Assembly: GCA_964439735.1 (NCBI GenBank)
Contig: CAYTQC010000001.1
Location: forward strand, 3,718-67,717
Direction: 5' to 3'
Source of the DNA: an uncultured Synergistaceae bacterium
GTDB taxonomy: Bacteria > Synergistota > Synergistia > Synergistales > Aminobacteriaceae
DNA length: 64,000 bases
The notes under the pieces are model-generated. The model ran no database searches, had not been told where the DNA came from, and was given only the letters and a program-made list of their open reading frames with translations. The position numbers were made by a program, and so were the translations under genes. Below are positions 1 through 8,121 of this stretch, in pieces. Within the stretch, counting starts at the first letter, position 1. Every line of letters starts with the position of its first letter.

Positions 1-2
1 GT

Positions 3-926
3 TTTTTGACCCTGATGGATTTTTCAGCGGAGGAAATTTATTACCTTCTGGACCTCTCCGCCGACCTGAAGACAAAAAAACGGGCGGGTATCAGGGGAAC
101 GGCCCTTGCAGGAAAAAACATCGCACTGCTCTTCGAAAAAGCGTCCACGAGGACCCGCTGCGCTTTTACCGTTGCGTGCATTGACGAGGGGGGACACCCG
201 GAATTCCTCGGCAAAAACGATATCCATCTCGGGGGAAAGGAGGACGTCAAGGACACGGCCAGGGTACTCGGACGCATGTTCGACGGTATCCAGTACAGAG
301 GATTCAAGCAGTCCCTGGTGGAGGAACTGGCGGAATACGCCGGAGTTCCCGTCTGGAACGGACTTACGGACGTCGACCATCCGACCCAGATACTTGCCGA
401 CTTCCTGACCCTTCAGGAAAACTTCGGAAGGCTTCTGAAAGGGATACGCCTTGTGTACTGCGGCGACGGAAGAAACAACATGTCCAACGCCCTCATGATC
501 GGATGCGCCAAGTTGGGAATGCATTACACGGTTGCGTCCCCTGAATCCCTTTTCCCTGAAAGGGAGCTGCTGGAAAAATGCAGGGCCATGGCTGCACAGA
601 CCGGCGGAACCATTACCGTTCTGAAAGATCCCTTCGAAGCGGTCAGGGGTGCGGATGCGGTATATACTGATGTCTGGGTCTCCATGGGAGAAGAGGAAAA
701 GAAAAAGGAACGTGAGTCCCTTCTCAGGCCATACCAGGTAAACATGGAGCTTATGAAGGCTTCCGGCAGGGACGGCACCATATTCCTTCACTGCCTTCCG
801 GCAGTTAAGGGGCAGGAAGTCACCGAGGATGTCTTTGAAAGCCCGTTCTCCAAGGTATTTGATGAAGCAGAGAATCGGATGCACACTATAAAGGCAGTCA
901 TGGTGGCGACCATAGGGAACCAGTGA
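3..926 (+). CDS. argF: Ornithine carbamoyltransferase (5' end truncated by window edge; possibly the catabolic ArcB type)
   Basis: FEKASTRTR carbamoyl-phosphate motif, [13 protein letters not shown] and HCLP motifs; frame is open to the window edge (FLTLMDF). Confidence 0.95.
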   Translation, partial: FLTLMDFSAEEIYYLLDLSADLKTKKRAGIRGTALAGKNIALLFEKASTRTRCAFTVACIDEGGHPEFLGKNDIHLGGKEDVKDTARVLGRMFDGIQYRGFKQSLVEELAEYAGVPVWNGLTDVDHPTQILADFLTLQENFGRLLKGIRLVYCGDGRNNMSNALMIGCAKLGMHYTVASPESLFPERELLEKCRAMAAQTGGTITVLKDPFEAVRGADAVYTDVWVSMGEEEKKKERESLLRPYQVNMELMKASGRDGTIFLHCLPAVKGQEVTEDVFESPFSKVFDEAENRMHTIKAVMVATIGNQ

Positions 927-956
927 CCGGGTACGAATGAAAAGGAGGTGATCTGC

Positions 957-1142
957 ATGGAAAACGAGCGGCTTTTCCGGTGTGCCTCCTGCGGGAATGA
1001 ATTCCGGCTCAAAGAGGGTGACCGTACGCTTCGCTGTCCTTCATGCGGAGGGAAAACCCTGATACTCCTCGAAGGCGAGAGCCTTTCGAGAAAAAAATGT
1101 GGAGGATGCTCAGGCGGTTCCTGTTCCACCTGAGGCGGTTGA
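957..1142 (+). CDS. Small zinc-ribbon (FmdB-like) Cys-rich protein, probable selenoprotein with UGA at 1131-1133 read as Sec (ends CSTUGG)
   Basis: Strong RBS AGGAGGTG before ATG 957; C9xxC12, C27xxC30, C48xxC51, then C56-S-T-UGA-G-G-UGA. The CDS itself is solid; the Sec extension from 1131 to 1142 is inferred. Confidence 0.7.
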
Positions 1143-1147
1143 TTTTC

Positions 1148-1172
1148 GGGGCAGCCGGGGGCTGCCCCTTTT
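1148..1172 (+). terminator. GC-rich hairpin: intrinsic terminator and candidate SECIS element
   Basis: Perfect 9-bp stem GGGGCAGCC/GGCTGCCCC, GGG loop, then TTTT; lies between convergent genes; loop starts 23 nt after the UGA at 1131. Confidence 0.7.
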
Positions 1173-1173
1173 G

Positions 1174-1584
1174 CTACAGTATGGCCGATACAGAAAGATC
1201 AACGGTCTTTATGCCCCTCACCGAGGAAAGGGCATTCTCAAAACCCTTAATGGTTCCCGCGTCCCCTTTCATTACAATACATTCAAGACAATGAGCGTGA
1301 TCCACATGGACATGGGTCGTGCAGACGATCACGTCTCCGAAATCGTGCTGGAGCGATGTAAGGGCATTTGTGGCGTCCTTCGTGTGGTGATCATACATTA
1401 TCGTTACGGTTCCGAAGACGGTTCCTTCTCCCTGCGCCCACATCTCCCTTGCAAGCCTTTCACGTATTAGCTGCCTTATGGCTTCAGACCTGTTCTGAAG
1501 GCCATTTCCCTGAATAAAAAGATCGAATTCCGAGAGTAGCGAATCCGGTACTGCCACGCCGAAACGAACCAGACGGTCTGTCAT
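1174..1584 (-). CDS. nikR: Nickel-responsive transcriptional regulator NikR
   Basis: N-terminal ribbon-helix-helix (VRFGVAV...NRSEAIRQLIR); YDHH, LQHDF and HVHVDHAHCLE Ni-ligand motifs. Confidence 0.95.
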   Translation of the reverse strand: MTDRLVRFGVAVPDSLLSEFDLFIQGNGLQNRSEAIRQLIRERLAREMWAQGEGTVFGTVTIMYDHHTKDATNALTSLQHDFGDVIVCTTHVHVDHAHCLECIVMKGDAGTIKGFENALSSVRGIKTVDLSVSAIL

Positions 1585-1649
1585 AAAAGTCCCTCCTGTA
1601 AACGTGTCTCCAGGGAGTATAATAAACTGAAATCCGCACTTTGGGGTGA

Positions 1650-2309
1650 TTGTCCTTGTCTGATGTTTTTACCCTGTGGCTCTGCCCGGATTCACGGCAT
1701 AGTCCGGAAAACGAAGAGGAAGCATTCAAAGAAAAAAACGCCCTGTACATACTTCCCCTTGGAACTGACAGTTCCCGGGCCGCACAGGTGTCCATATCGG
1801 GAGGGGGTTTCTCTCTTTGTGCCTGCGGAGATGGTGCTGTAAGGGGCTATGACGACGGCGGCAGCCTCGTCAGCTGTTATTATGGAATGCACGGAAGGGG
1901 AAAGGGGGGTGATTTTGCAGTTTTCCGCCATGGCGGCTTTCTCTGCGGCCTTTCATCGGGAAATGATCTGCTTTTCCCCGAACATTCACGGGTATTGGCT
2001 CTCGCCGGAGCGGATCTCATCTGTATATTCCCCTCCTCTGATGTCGGCCGGGAGTTTCCACTGGAGATATTTGCCCGGGTCAGGGCCATGGAAAACCTCG
2101 TGTATGTTGTTCTTGCAGTACCCGGTTCTTTTCCGCCCCTTGTTTACGGCCCCAGGGGCGAGAGAATCGAGACCGGCAGATGCGGGGAACAGGAAGCCGG
2201 AGAAAAAGAAACCGTCCTCAGCAGGGCGAACCTGCTGAATGTCAGGAAGGTGGTACCACTCTTCAATCTTCGCAAAAAAGAACGCTATCATTCGATCACG
2301 GTCCTGTGA
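1650..2309 (+). CDS. Carbon-nitrogen hydrolase (nitrilase)-fold protein, catalytic triad apparently lost
   Basis: GLSSGNDLLFPEHSRVLALAGADLI and ARVRAMENLVYVV match the nitrilase C-terminal signature; TTG start uncertain (1650 or 1656). Confidence 0.7.
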   Translation: MSLSDVFTLWLCPDSRHSPENEEEAFKEKNALYILPLGTDSSRAAQVSISGGGFSLCACGDGAVRGYDDGGSLVSCYYGMHGRGKGGDFAVFRHGGFLCGLSSGNDLLFPEHSRVLALAGADLICIFPSSDVGREFPLEIFARVRAMENLVYVVLAVPGSFPPLVYGPRGERIETGRCGEQEAGEKETVLSRANLLNVRKVVPLFNLRKKERYHSITVL

Positions 2310-2323
2310 CATTGAGCGGTCTG

Positions 2324-2332
2324 TGCTACAAT
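2324..2332 (+). promoter_or_regulatory. Extended -10 promoter for the yebC-ruv operon
   Basis: TG-C-TACAAT; no good -35. Confidence 0.5.
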
Positions 2333-2472
2333 AACCAGGCGGCAGGTGTCTGACAGAGTATCCGGAGGTTTTGTTTCCGGGAATTATATGAATGAACACC
2401 CGCCGGATTTTACAACGGTCTCAAATGTAACCCACGGAAGCTATTTTTTTGACTTTCAGAGAGGTGATTCTT

Positions 2473-3225
2473 TTGTCCGGCCATTCAAAATGGGCAAACA
2501 TCAAGCACAGAAAAGCCGCGCAGGACGCAAAGAGAGGGAACCTGTTCCAGAAGCTCGTGAAGGCGGTCATCATAGCTGCAAAAGAAGGCGGCGGAGACCC
2601 GTCGATGAATATGCGTCTGAAAGCGGCCATTGAACGTGCGAAAGCGGCAAGCGTGCCGAACGACAACATCATACGGGGAATTAAGAGAGGCACCGGAGAA
2701 ATAGAGGGCGCCCTGTACGAGGAAATCACATACGAGGCATACGGGCCGTCGGGAATAGCAATACTCATCGAAGTCCTCACCGACAACCGGAACAGGACGG
2801 CTTCAGAAATCCGGGCACTTCTGACCAGAAACGGAGGATCTCTGGGAGAGGCCGGAAGCGTCGCCTGGATGTTCGAGCGGAAGGGGACAATCGAAATCAG
2901 CGGCAAGGGGCTCGACGAGGAAGCCCTCATGACAGCGGCCCTTGAAGCAGGGGCAGAGGACCTTGAGCAGCAGGAGGAAGGATACCTCGTGTATACCGAC
3001 CCCAGCATGGTTTCCGATATAGGGGATGCCCTTGAAAAAGCCGGATATTCCATAGCCCGGGCAGAGAGCGACATGGTTCCCAAAAATACCATTCTTGTGG
3101 AAGACCCGGAGAAGGCCAGAAAAATCCTCCGCCTGATGGATCTTCTTGAAGAGCATGATGACAGCCAGAATGTCTACGGAAATTTCGACATTCCGGATGA
3201 AATCATGGAAAACATGGAAGGATAG
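2473..3225 (+). CDS. yebC: YebC/PmpR family protein
   Basis: Hallmark start (M)SGHSKWANIKHRKAAQDAKRG; TTG start after AGAGGTGA. Confidence 0.95.
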   Translation: MSGHSKWANIKHRKAAQDAKRGNLFQKLVKAVIIAAKEGGGDPSMNMRLKAAIERAKAASVPNDNIIRGIKRGTGEIEGALYEEITYEAYGPSGIAILIEVLTDNRNRTASEIRALLTRNGGSLGEAGSVAWMFERKGTIEISGKGLDEEALMTAALEAGAEDLEQQEEGYLVYTDPSMVSDIGDALEKAGYSIARAESDMVPKNTILVEDPEKARKILRLMDLLEEHDDSQNVYGNFDIPDEIMENMEG

Positions 3226-3235
3226 AGAATATCCG

Positions 3236-3763
3236 GTGCTCAAATGTATCGGGATAGATCCGGGACTCGGGAGACTCGGTTTTGCATCCATAAGCAGGGA
3301 AGGGCATCTGTTCAGGCCTCTTTCGTTCGGCTGCATTGAAACCTTTCCCTCAGACCCGCTTCCAGACCGTCTGCACATGATTTATGAAAAGCTCGGGGAG
3401 CAGATAGTGTGCTGCTCCCCGGATTTTATGTCGGTTGAAAAGCTTTTCTTCGGGCGGAACATAACCACTGCGGAGTATGTATGGCAGGCAAGAGGCGTAG
3501 TGCTCCTTCTCGCGGCTGAACACGGACTTCCTGTCCTGGAACCGAAACCTTCCCAGATCAAGCTTGCCGTGTGCGGCAACGGGAAGGCCCCGAAAGAACA
3601 GGTCCAGAAGATGCTTCAGCGAATGCTCAACCTCGACAGCATCCCCAGGCCGGACGACGCCGCCGATGCAATTGCAGCTGCCATTACCGGCTTTTTCCTT
3701 TATTCACAGGAAAAAAAGATCATCGACCGGGGAGGCCGTCATGCTTCGATTCCTTTCAGGTAA
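3236..3763 (+). CDS. ruvC: Holliday junction resolvase RuvC
   Basis: IGIDPG, VEKLFF, PDDAADAIAAA motifs; GTG start. Confidence 0.95.
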   Translation: MLKCIGIDPGLGRLGFASISREGHLFRPLSFGCIETFPSDPLPDRLHMIYEKLGEQIVCCSPDFMSVEKLFFGRNITTAEYVWQARGVVLLLAAEHGLPVLEPKPSQIKLAVCGNGKAPKEQVQKMLQRMLNLDSIPRPDDAADAIAAAITGFFLYSQEKKIIDRGGRHASIPFR

Positions 3764-4352
3764 AGTAATTTCCGTTTCCGATACCCTGGTGGTCCTGGAT
3801 GTGAACGGAATGGGCTTCGAACTGCTCTGTACCGGAAGGGGAGCGGAAATGTGCAGGGAAGGTGAAAATGCCCTGCTGGTGACACATCTGCAGATATCGG
3901 AGGCGGGATCCTCCCTCTTCGGGTTTGCTGACGACCGGGAGAGAGGTCTCTTTTTGAAGCTCACGACGGTAAAAGGAGTGGGGGGCAAAATGGCGATGAA
4001 TATCCTCAAGTCCGCCCCTGCCGAAAGGGTTGTGTCATGGATCGCGGCATCCGACGTGGACTCCCTTGTCAAAATACCCGGGGTCGGGAAAAAAACGGCG
4101 GAGAGACTCTGTTTCGAGATGCATCGTCATTTTGAAGGATTGGGAACCGATCTGAACCTTTCCCCTGAAGCATTTGCATCGGGGGAAACAAATATAAACC
4201 TCGCTATGGAAGGTCTGCGCTCCCTGGGCTTTGCACAGGCAGAGCTTTTGCCGGTTTTCCGGAAACTGAAGGCAGGCAATGTTTCCGCCGACGGGGATCT
4301 TTCCCCCGAACAGTGGATCCGCCTTGCCCTGAAGGAATTAAAGCGGAACTGA
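3741..4352 (+). CDS. ruvA: Holliday junction branch migration protein RuvA
   Basis: LFGFADDRERGLFLKL, VKGVGGK, IPGVGKKTAERL; ATG after GGAGG. Confidence 0.95.
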   Translation: MLRFLSGKVISVSDTLVVLDVNGMGFELLCTGRGAEMCREGENALLVTHLQISEAGSSLFGFADDRERGLFLKLTTVKGVGGKMAMNILKSAPAERVVSWIAASDVDSLVKIPGVGKKTAERLCFEMHRHFEGLGTDLNLSPEAFASGETNINLAMEGLRSLGFAQAELLPVFRKLKAGNVSADGDLSPEQWIRLALKELKRN

Positions 4353-4364
4353 GGTGACCAGGCT

Positions 4365-5411
4365 TTGGCTGAAGACAAAACACGTTTTCTTGACCCCAAC
4401 GATGAACCCGGTGAGGACGAGTCCTCTCTTCGTCCGCTGACCCTCAGTGAATTCGTGGGGCAGGAAAAACTGAAGGAAAAACTCTCGATTTTCATCCGGG
4501 CCGCCCGGCAGAGAGGAGAATCACTGGATCACTGTCTTTTCTATGGGCCTCCGGGGCTCGGAAAGACTACCCTGGCGAGCATTATCGCACGGGAAATGGG
4601 AGGCCAGCTCAGGATAACCACAGGCCCTTCCCTCGAGCGCACGGGAGATCTCGCCGCTATTCTTTCAAACCTTGAGCCTAATGATGTCCTTTTTATCGAC
4701 GAAATCCACCGGCTTCCGTCGAACGTGGAAGAGATCCTGTATCCCGGAATGGAGGATTATTCCCTTCATATCGTGGTCGGGAAAGGTCCGCTTGCCAACA
4801 ATATCTGTCTCAGCCTGCCCCGTTTCACCCTGGTGGGGGCAACAACGAGACTGGGGCTTCTTACCTCCCCGCTGCGTGCACGGTTCGGCATTGTGGAGCA
4901 GCTTTCCCTGTACGAGGAACACGAACTGTCGGACATCGTCAAAAGAGGCTCCCGTGTCCTCGGAATAGCCGTTCATGAAGATGCCGCGGCAGAAATCGCA
5001 CGCCGCTCCAGGGGAACGCCAAGGATCGCGCTGAGACTGCTGCGGCGTGTCCGTGACGTTGCAGAGGTGAGAGCAATGACATCCATCGATGCCCGTATCG
5101 CCGAAACCGCCCTGGATATGCTCGGCCTTGACAGCCTGGGACTCGATGAAGGCGACCGAAAGATCCTCAAGGTACTGGTGGATCTCTTCGACGGAGGCCC
5201 CGTAGGACTCTCCACTCTTGGCGCAGCCCTCAACGAGGAAGTACAGACCATAGAGGATATCTATGAACCCTATCTCATACAGCAGGGACTGATCGAGCGT
5301 ACACCACGGGGAAGAAAGGCGACCCGGAATGCATGGGCATACCTGGGCAAGACTCCTCCGCCGGAAAAAGCGGACCCGTGGCAGCTTCAACTGCTAGAAG
5401 AGGAGGAGTAG
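4365..5411 (+). CDS. ruvB: Holliday junction DNA helicase RuvB
   Basis: [44 protein letters not shown]. Confidence 0.97.
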   Translation: MAEDKTRFLDPNDEPGEDESSLRPLTLSEFVGQEKLKEKLSIFIRAARQRGESLDHCLFYGPPGLGKTTLASIIAREMGGQLRITTGPSLERTGDLAAILSNLEPNDVLFIDEIHRLPSNVEEILYPGMEDYSLHIVVGKGPLANNICLSLPRFTLVGATTRLGLLTSPLRARFGIVEQLSLYEEHELSDIVKRGSRVLGIAVHEDAAAEIARRSRGTPRIALRLLRRVRDVAEVRAMTSIDARIAETALDMLGLDSLGLDEGDRKILKVLVDLFDGGPVGLSTLGAALNEEVQTIEDIYEPYLIQQGLIERTPRGRKATRNAWAYLGKTPPPEKADPWQLQLLEEEE

Positions 5412-5415
5412 CCCT

Positions 5416-5640
5416 GTGTCTTCTATCGGCAGATTTTTAATGGTTCTCGGCCTGATACTCCTTGCCGCCGGAGCATCGCTTTACTTTTTCAGCGATCTGT
5501 TTTCTTTCCTGGGAAGGCTTCCGGGGGACATCGTCATTAAAAAAAAGAACTTCACTTTCGTCGCCCCCTTTTCAACAATGATCATCGTGAGCATCGTGGT
5601 TTCCCTGCTTATAAACCTCGTATCCCGGTGGATCAAATAA
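5416..5640 (+). CDS. DUF2905 family small membrane protein
   Basis: LGRLPGDIVI...FVAPFSTMIIVS signature; usual position after ruvB. Confidence 0.85.
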   Translation: MSSIGRFLMVLGLILLAAGASLYFFSDLFSFLGRLPGDIVIKKKNFTFVAPFSTMIIVSIVVSLLINLVSRWIK

Positions 5641-5661
5641 CCAATAAATGGAGGATATTGA

Positions 5662-7056
5662 ATGAATCGTTTTTTACGCATACTCTTCATGGCTTGCCTG
5701 TTCCTCTCCGCCGGAGCGTTCCAGATCGGCCGTGCGGAGGCCAGAATGGTTTCAGTCGGTCTTTCCATCGGAAAGGCGTCGATCCAGGTATCATCCTCGT
5801 CATCCATAACAGCCACAGATGCAGGGGGGAAACGCCATTCAATCGGGACATCGGCTGTTTTCCGATCTTCCGGGAAAGGATCCGCATCCTTGGGTTCCAG
5901 GACATTCCACCTTCCCGTCACCCTTTCGTCCGGGCATCCCCTTTCATTCAACGGCAGAAGGTACAGGGGCACATTCCGCATACTGGGGGGAAATTCAGGC
6001 ATAACCCTCGTCAATGTTCTCGACCTCGAGGATTACCTCCGTGGAGTCCTCAAGATGGAAGTCAACCCTGCATGGGCCATGGAAGCGGTAAAAGCCCAGG
6101 CAGTGGTCTCAAGAACCTATGCTCTCCGAAGCATACAGCAGAACAACGGGAAAAACGGCTATGACCTGGGCGACTCGGTTCTTTCACAAGTGTACAGGGG
6201 CATGAATGCAGAGGATAAAAGGGCTGACGAAGCCATTCGTGCCACAAAAGGGATCGTCGTAAAGTACGGCGGGTCTGTTGCCTTCACACCGTTCCACTCT
6301 GACAGCGGGGGGGCGACGGCAGACGTTTCAACTGTCTGGGGAGGATCCATTGCCTACCTGAGGGGAGTGAAAGAACCCTTCCCGCCGTCTTCTCCCAATT
6401 CCACATGGGAAACCCGCCTTTCCAGAGCGCAGGTGGAGAAGGCTCTCAGGCAGTCCGGAGCCGACGTCGGTTCGCTGAGAGAGCTGAGGATAGGGGATGC
6501 CGATCCCTTCGGAAGGGCGAATACCCTGACAGCGGTGGGAACAAAAGGGACCAAACAGGTGAAAAGCCATTCCTTCAGAATGGCTGCAGGAAGCACCGTG
6601 ATCAAGAGCACTTCATTTTCTCTTGCCTCTCCTTCTGCAGGAACATCTCCGGTTCCTCTTCCCGTTCCGGTGCCCCGCACGGAAAGACAGAAACTTCCTG
6701 CAAAAGAGATCCCGACATCGAACACGCCTATGAGTGCTTCGGAAGAGGGGCAGCTGACCGCTCTTACAGAACAGGGAGTTTTCAACAGCGAGGAACTCAT
6801 GGATATGCTCATGAACCCGGAGAAAAGAAAGGGATACCTGATCCGCGCTCTCAGGACGACGAGGCCGGTTCAGCCGTCTCCGGAACCTCTTCCCTCCTTT
6901 CCTTCCGCCGGAGACAGTTTTGTTTTCAGGGGCAAAGGCTGGGGGCATGGAGTAGGGCTTTCCCAGTGGGGTGCGAAGATCATGGCGGAAAAAGGCTGGG
7001 ACTACAGGAAAATCATTCAGCACTACTATCCGGGAACTGTCGTCGGAAGCATGTAA
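5662..7056 (+). CDS. SpoIID/LytB domain protein (peptidoglycan lytic transglycosylase family), with signal peptide
   Basis: LEDYLRGVLKMEV, AVKAQAVVSRTYA, SQVYRG, GWGHGVGLSQWGA, IIQHYYPG. Confidence 0.9.
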   Translation: MNRFLRILFMACLFLSAGAFQIGRAEARMVSVGLSIGKASIQVSSSSSITATDAGGKRHSIGTSAVFRSSGKGSASLGSRTFHLPVTLSSGHPLSFNGRRYRGTFRILGGNSGITLVNVLDLEDYLRGVLKMEVNPAWAMEAVKAQAVVSRTYALRSIQQNNGKNGYDLGDSVLSQVYRGMNAEDKRADEAIRATKGIVVKYGGSVAFTPFHSDSGGATADVSTVWGGSIAYLRGVKEPFPPSSPNSTWETRLSRAQVEKALRQSGADVGSLRELRIGDADPFGRANTLTAVGTKGTKQVKSHSFRMAAGSTVIKSTSFSLASPSAGTSPVPLPVPVPRTERQKLPAKEIPTSNTPMSASEEGQLTALTEQGVFNSEELMDMLMNPEKRKGYLIRALRTTRPVQPSPEPLPSFPSAGDSFVFRGKGWGHGVGLSQWGAKIMAEKGWDYRKIIQHYYPGTVVGSM

Positions 7057-7065
7057 AAAAAGATC

Positions 7066-8115
7066 ATGCAGGAACCTGACCTTTTTAAGATCTCATCATA
7101 CGACTACGAGCTTCCCGGGGATCTCATCGCCCAAAACCCTGCTGACCCTAGGGATTCGTCCCGCCTCATGGTGCTTGACAGGCAGGACGGGCGCATAGGG
7201 CACAGCGTTTTTTCCCGCCTGGGCGATTTCCTCATTCCGGGAGACCTTCTTGTACTGAACGACACGAAGGTCATTCCCGCACGGCTGCACGGAACGAAAA
7301 AACCCGGGGGGGCAAAAATAGAATTACTCCTCCTGAAGGGACTTGATTCCCGGTGGAGTGAGTGGGAAGCCCTCGTGAGGCCGGGGAAAAAAGTGTCACC
7401 CGGCACGGAAATTCTGCTCTCCGACGGAACAGAAATACGTGTCGGGGAACGCATCGGAGAAGGACTCCGCACCATATGCTTTCCCGAAGGGACGGATGTG
7501 CTTCCCCTGCTCGAAAGGATAGGGGAGACACCCCTTCCTCCATATATTACCCGGTCCACGGCCCCGAGGTCTTCATATCAGACGGTGTTCGCCATGAAGG
7601 ATGGTTCCGCAGCCGCTCCAACGGCAAGCCTTCATTTTACGGAAGCTCTCCTCGAAAGCCTCAGAAAGGAGAAAGGCATACGGACCGCGTGGCTCACCCT
7701 GCACGTGGGTCTTGGAACATTCCGCCCTGTGAAATGTACGGATATACGGGAACACAATATTCACGAGGAGTACTGCGTTCTTCCTGCCGAATCGAAAGAA
7801 ATCATCAGGGAGACGAAGCGCTCGGGCAGAAAAGTGATCGCAGCGGGAACGACCGTCGCAAGGACCCTTGAATCCCTCGCCGATGACGAAGGTGTACTGG
7901 AGAGCGGCAGCAGGAACACGCGGCTGTTTATTTATCCCGGGTACAGGTATAAAATCATAGATGGCCTTATCACGAATTTTCATCTCCCCAAAAGTTCCCT
8001 CCTCATGCTTGTTGCGGCTTTCGCAGGATACGACTTGACAATGAAGGCCTATAGTGAGGCTGTTGCCGGGAAATACCGTTTTTTCTCCTTTGGCGACGCC
8101 ATGTTCATACGATAG
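7066..8115 (+). CDS. queA: S-adenosylmethionine:tRNA ribosyltransferase-isomerase QueA
   Basis: YDYELPGDLIAQ, NDTKVIPARL, PLPPYI, AAPTASLHFT, TLHVGLGTF, NFHLPKS, FSFGDAM. Confidence 0.97.
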   Translation: MQEPDLFKISSYDYELPGDLIAQNPADPRDSSRLMVLDRQDGRIGHSVFSRLGDFLIPGDLLVLNDTKVIPARLHGTKKPGGAKIELLLLKGLDSRWSEWEALVRPGKKVSPGTEILLSDGTEIRVGERIGEGLRTICFPEGTDVLPLLERIGETPLPPYITRSTAPRSSYQTVFAMKDGSAAAPTASLHFTEALLESLRKEKGIRTAWLTLHVGLGTFRPVKCTDIREHNIHEEYCVLPAESKEIIRETKRSGRKVIAAGTTVARTLESLADDEGVLESGSRNTRLFIYPGYRYKIIDGLITNFHLPKSSLLMLVAAFAGYDLTMKAYSEAVAGKYRFFSFGDAMFIR

Positions 8116-8121
8116 GAAGAG

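Noticed and set aside
24-884. 286-aa minus-strand ORF, and similar long ORFs at 2421-3092, 7573-8481, 29665-30642, 39367-40401, 56806-57834, 61897-63210
   Set aside because: Antisense or alternate-frame shadows of well-conserved genes, with no recognisable motifs or RBS
1585-1649. NikR operator palindrome
   Set aside because: No match to the E. coli GTATGA-N16-TCATAC type or other clear dyad is visible
2310-2472. Possible 6S RNA in the yebC upstream spacer
   Set aside because: The hairpin is only about 67 nt and lacks the long end-to-end rod with central bubble; kept only as a possible leader
3564-3740. Long N-terminal extensions in the ORF track (ruvA 3564, ruvC 3146, recN 21088, yvcK 32304, rapZ 33197, murG 45405, atpC 61040)
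   Set aside because: Downstream starts have an RBS or translational coupling and coincide with the family N-terminus; the extensions overlap upstream genes
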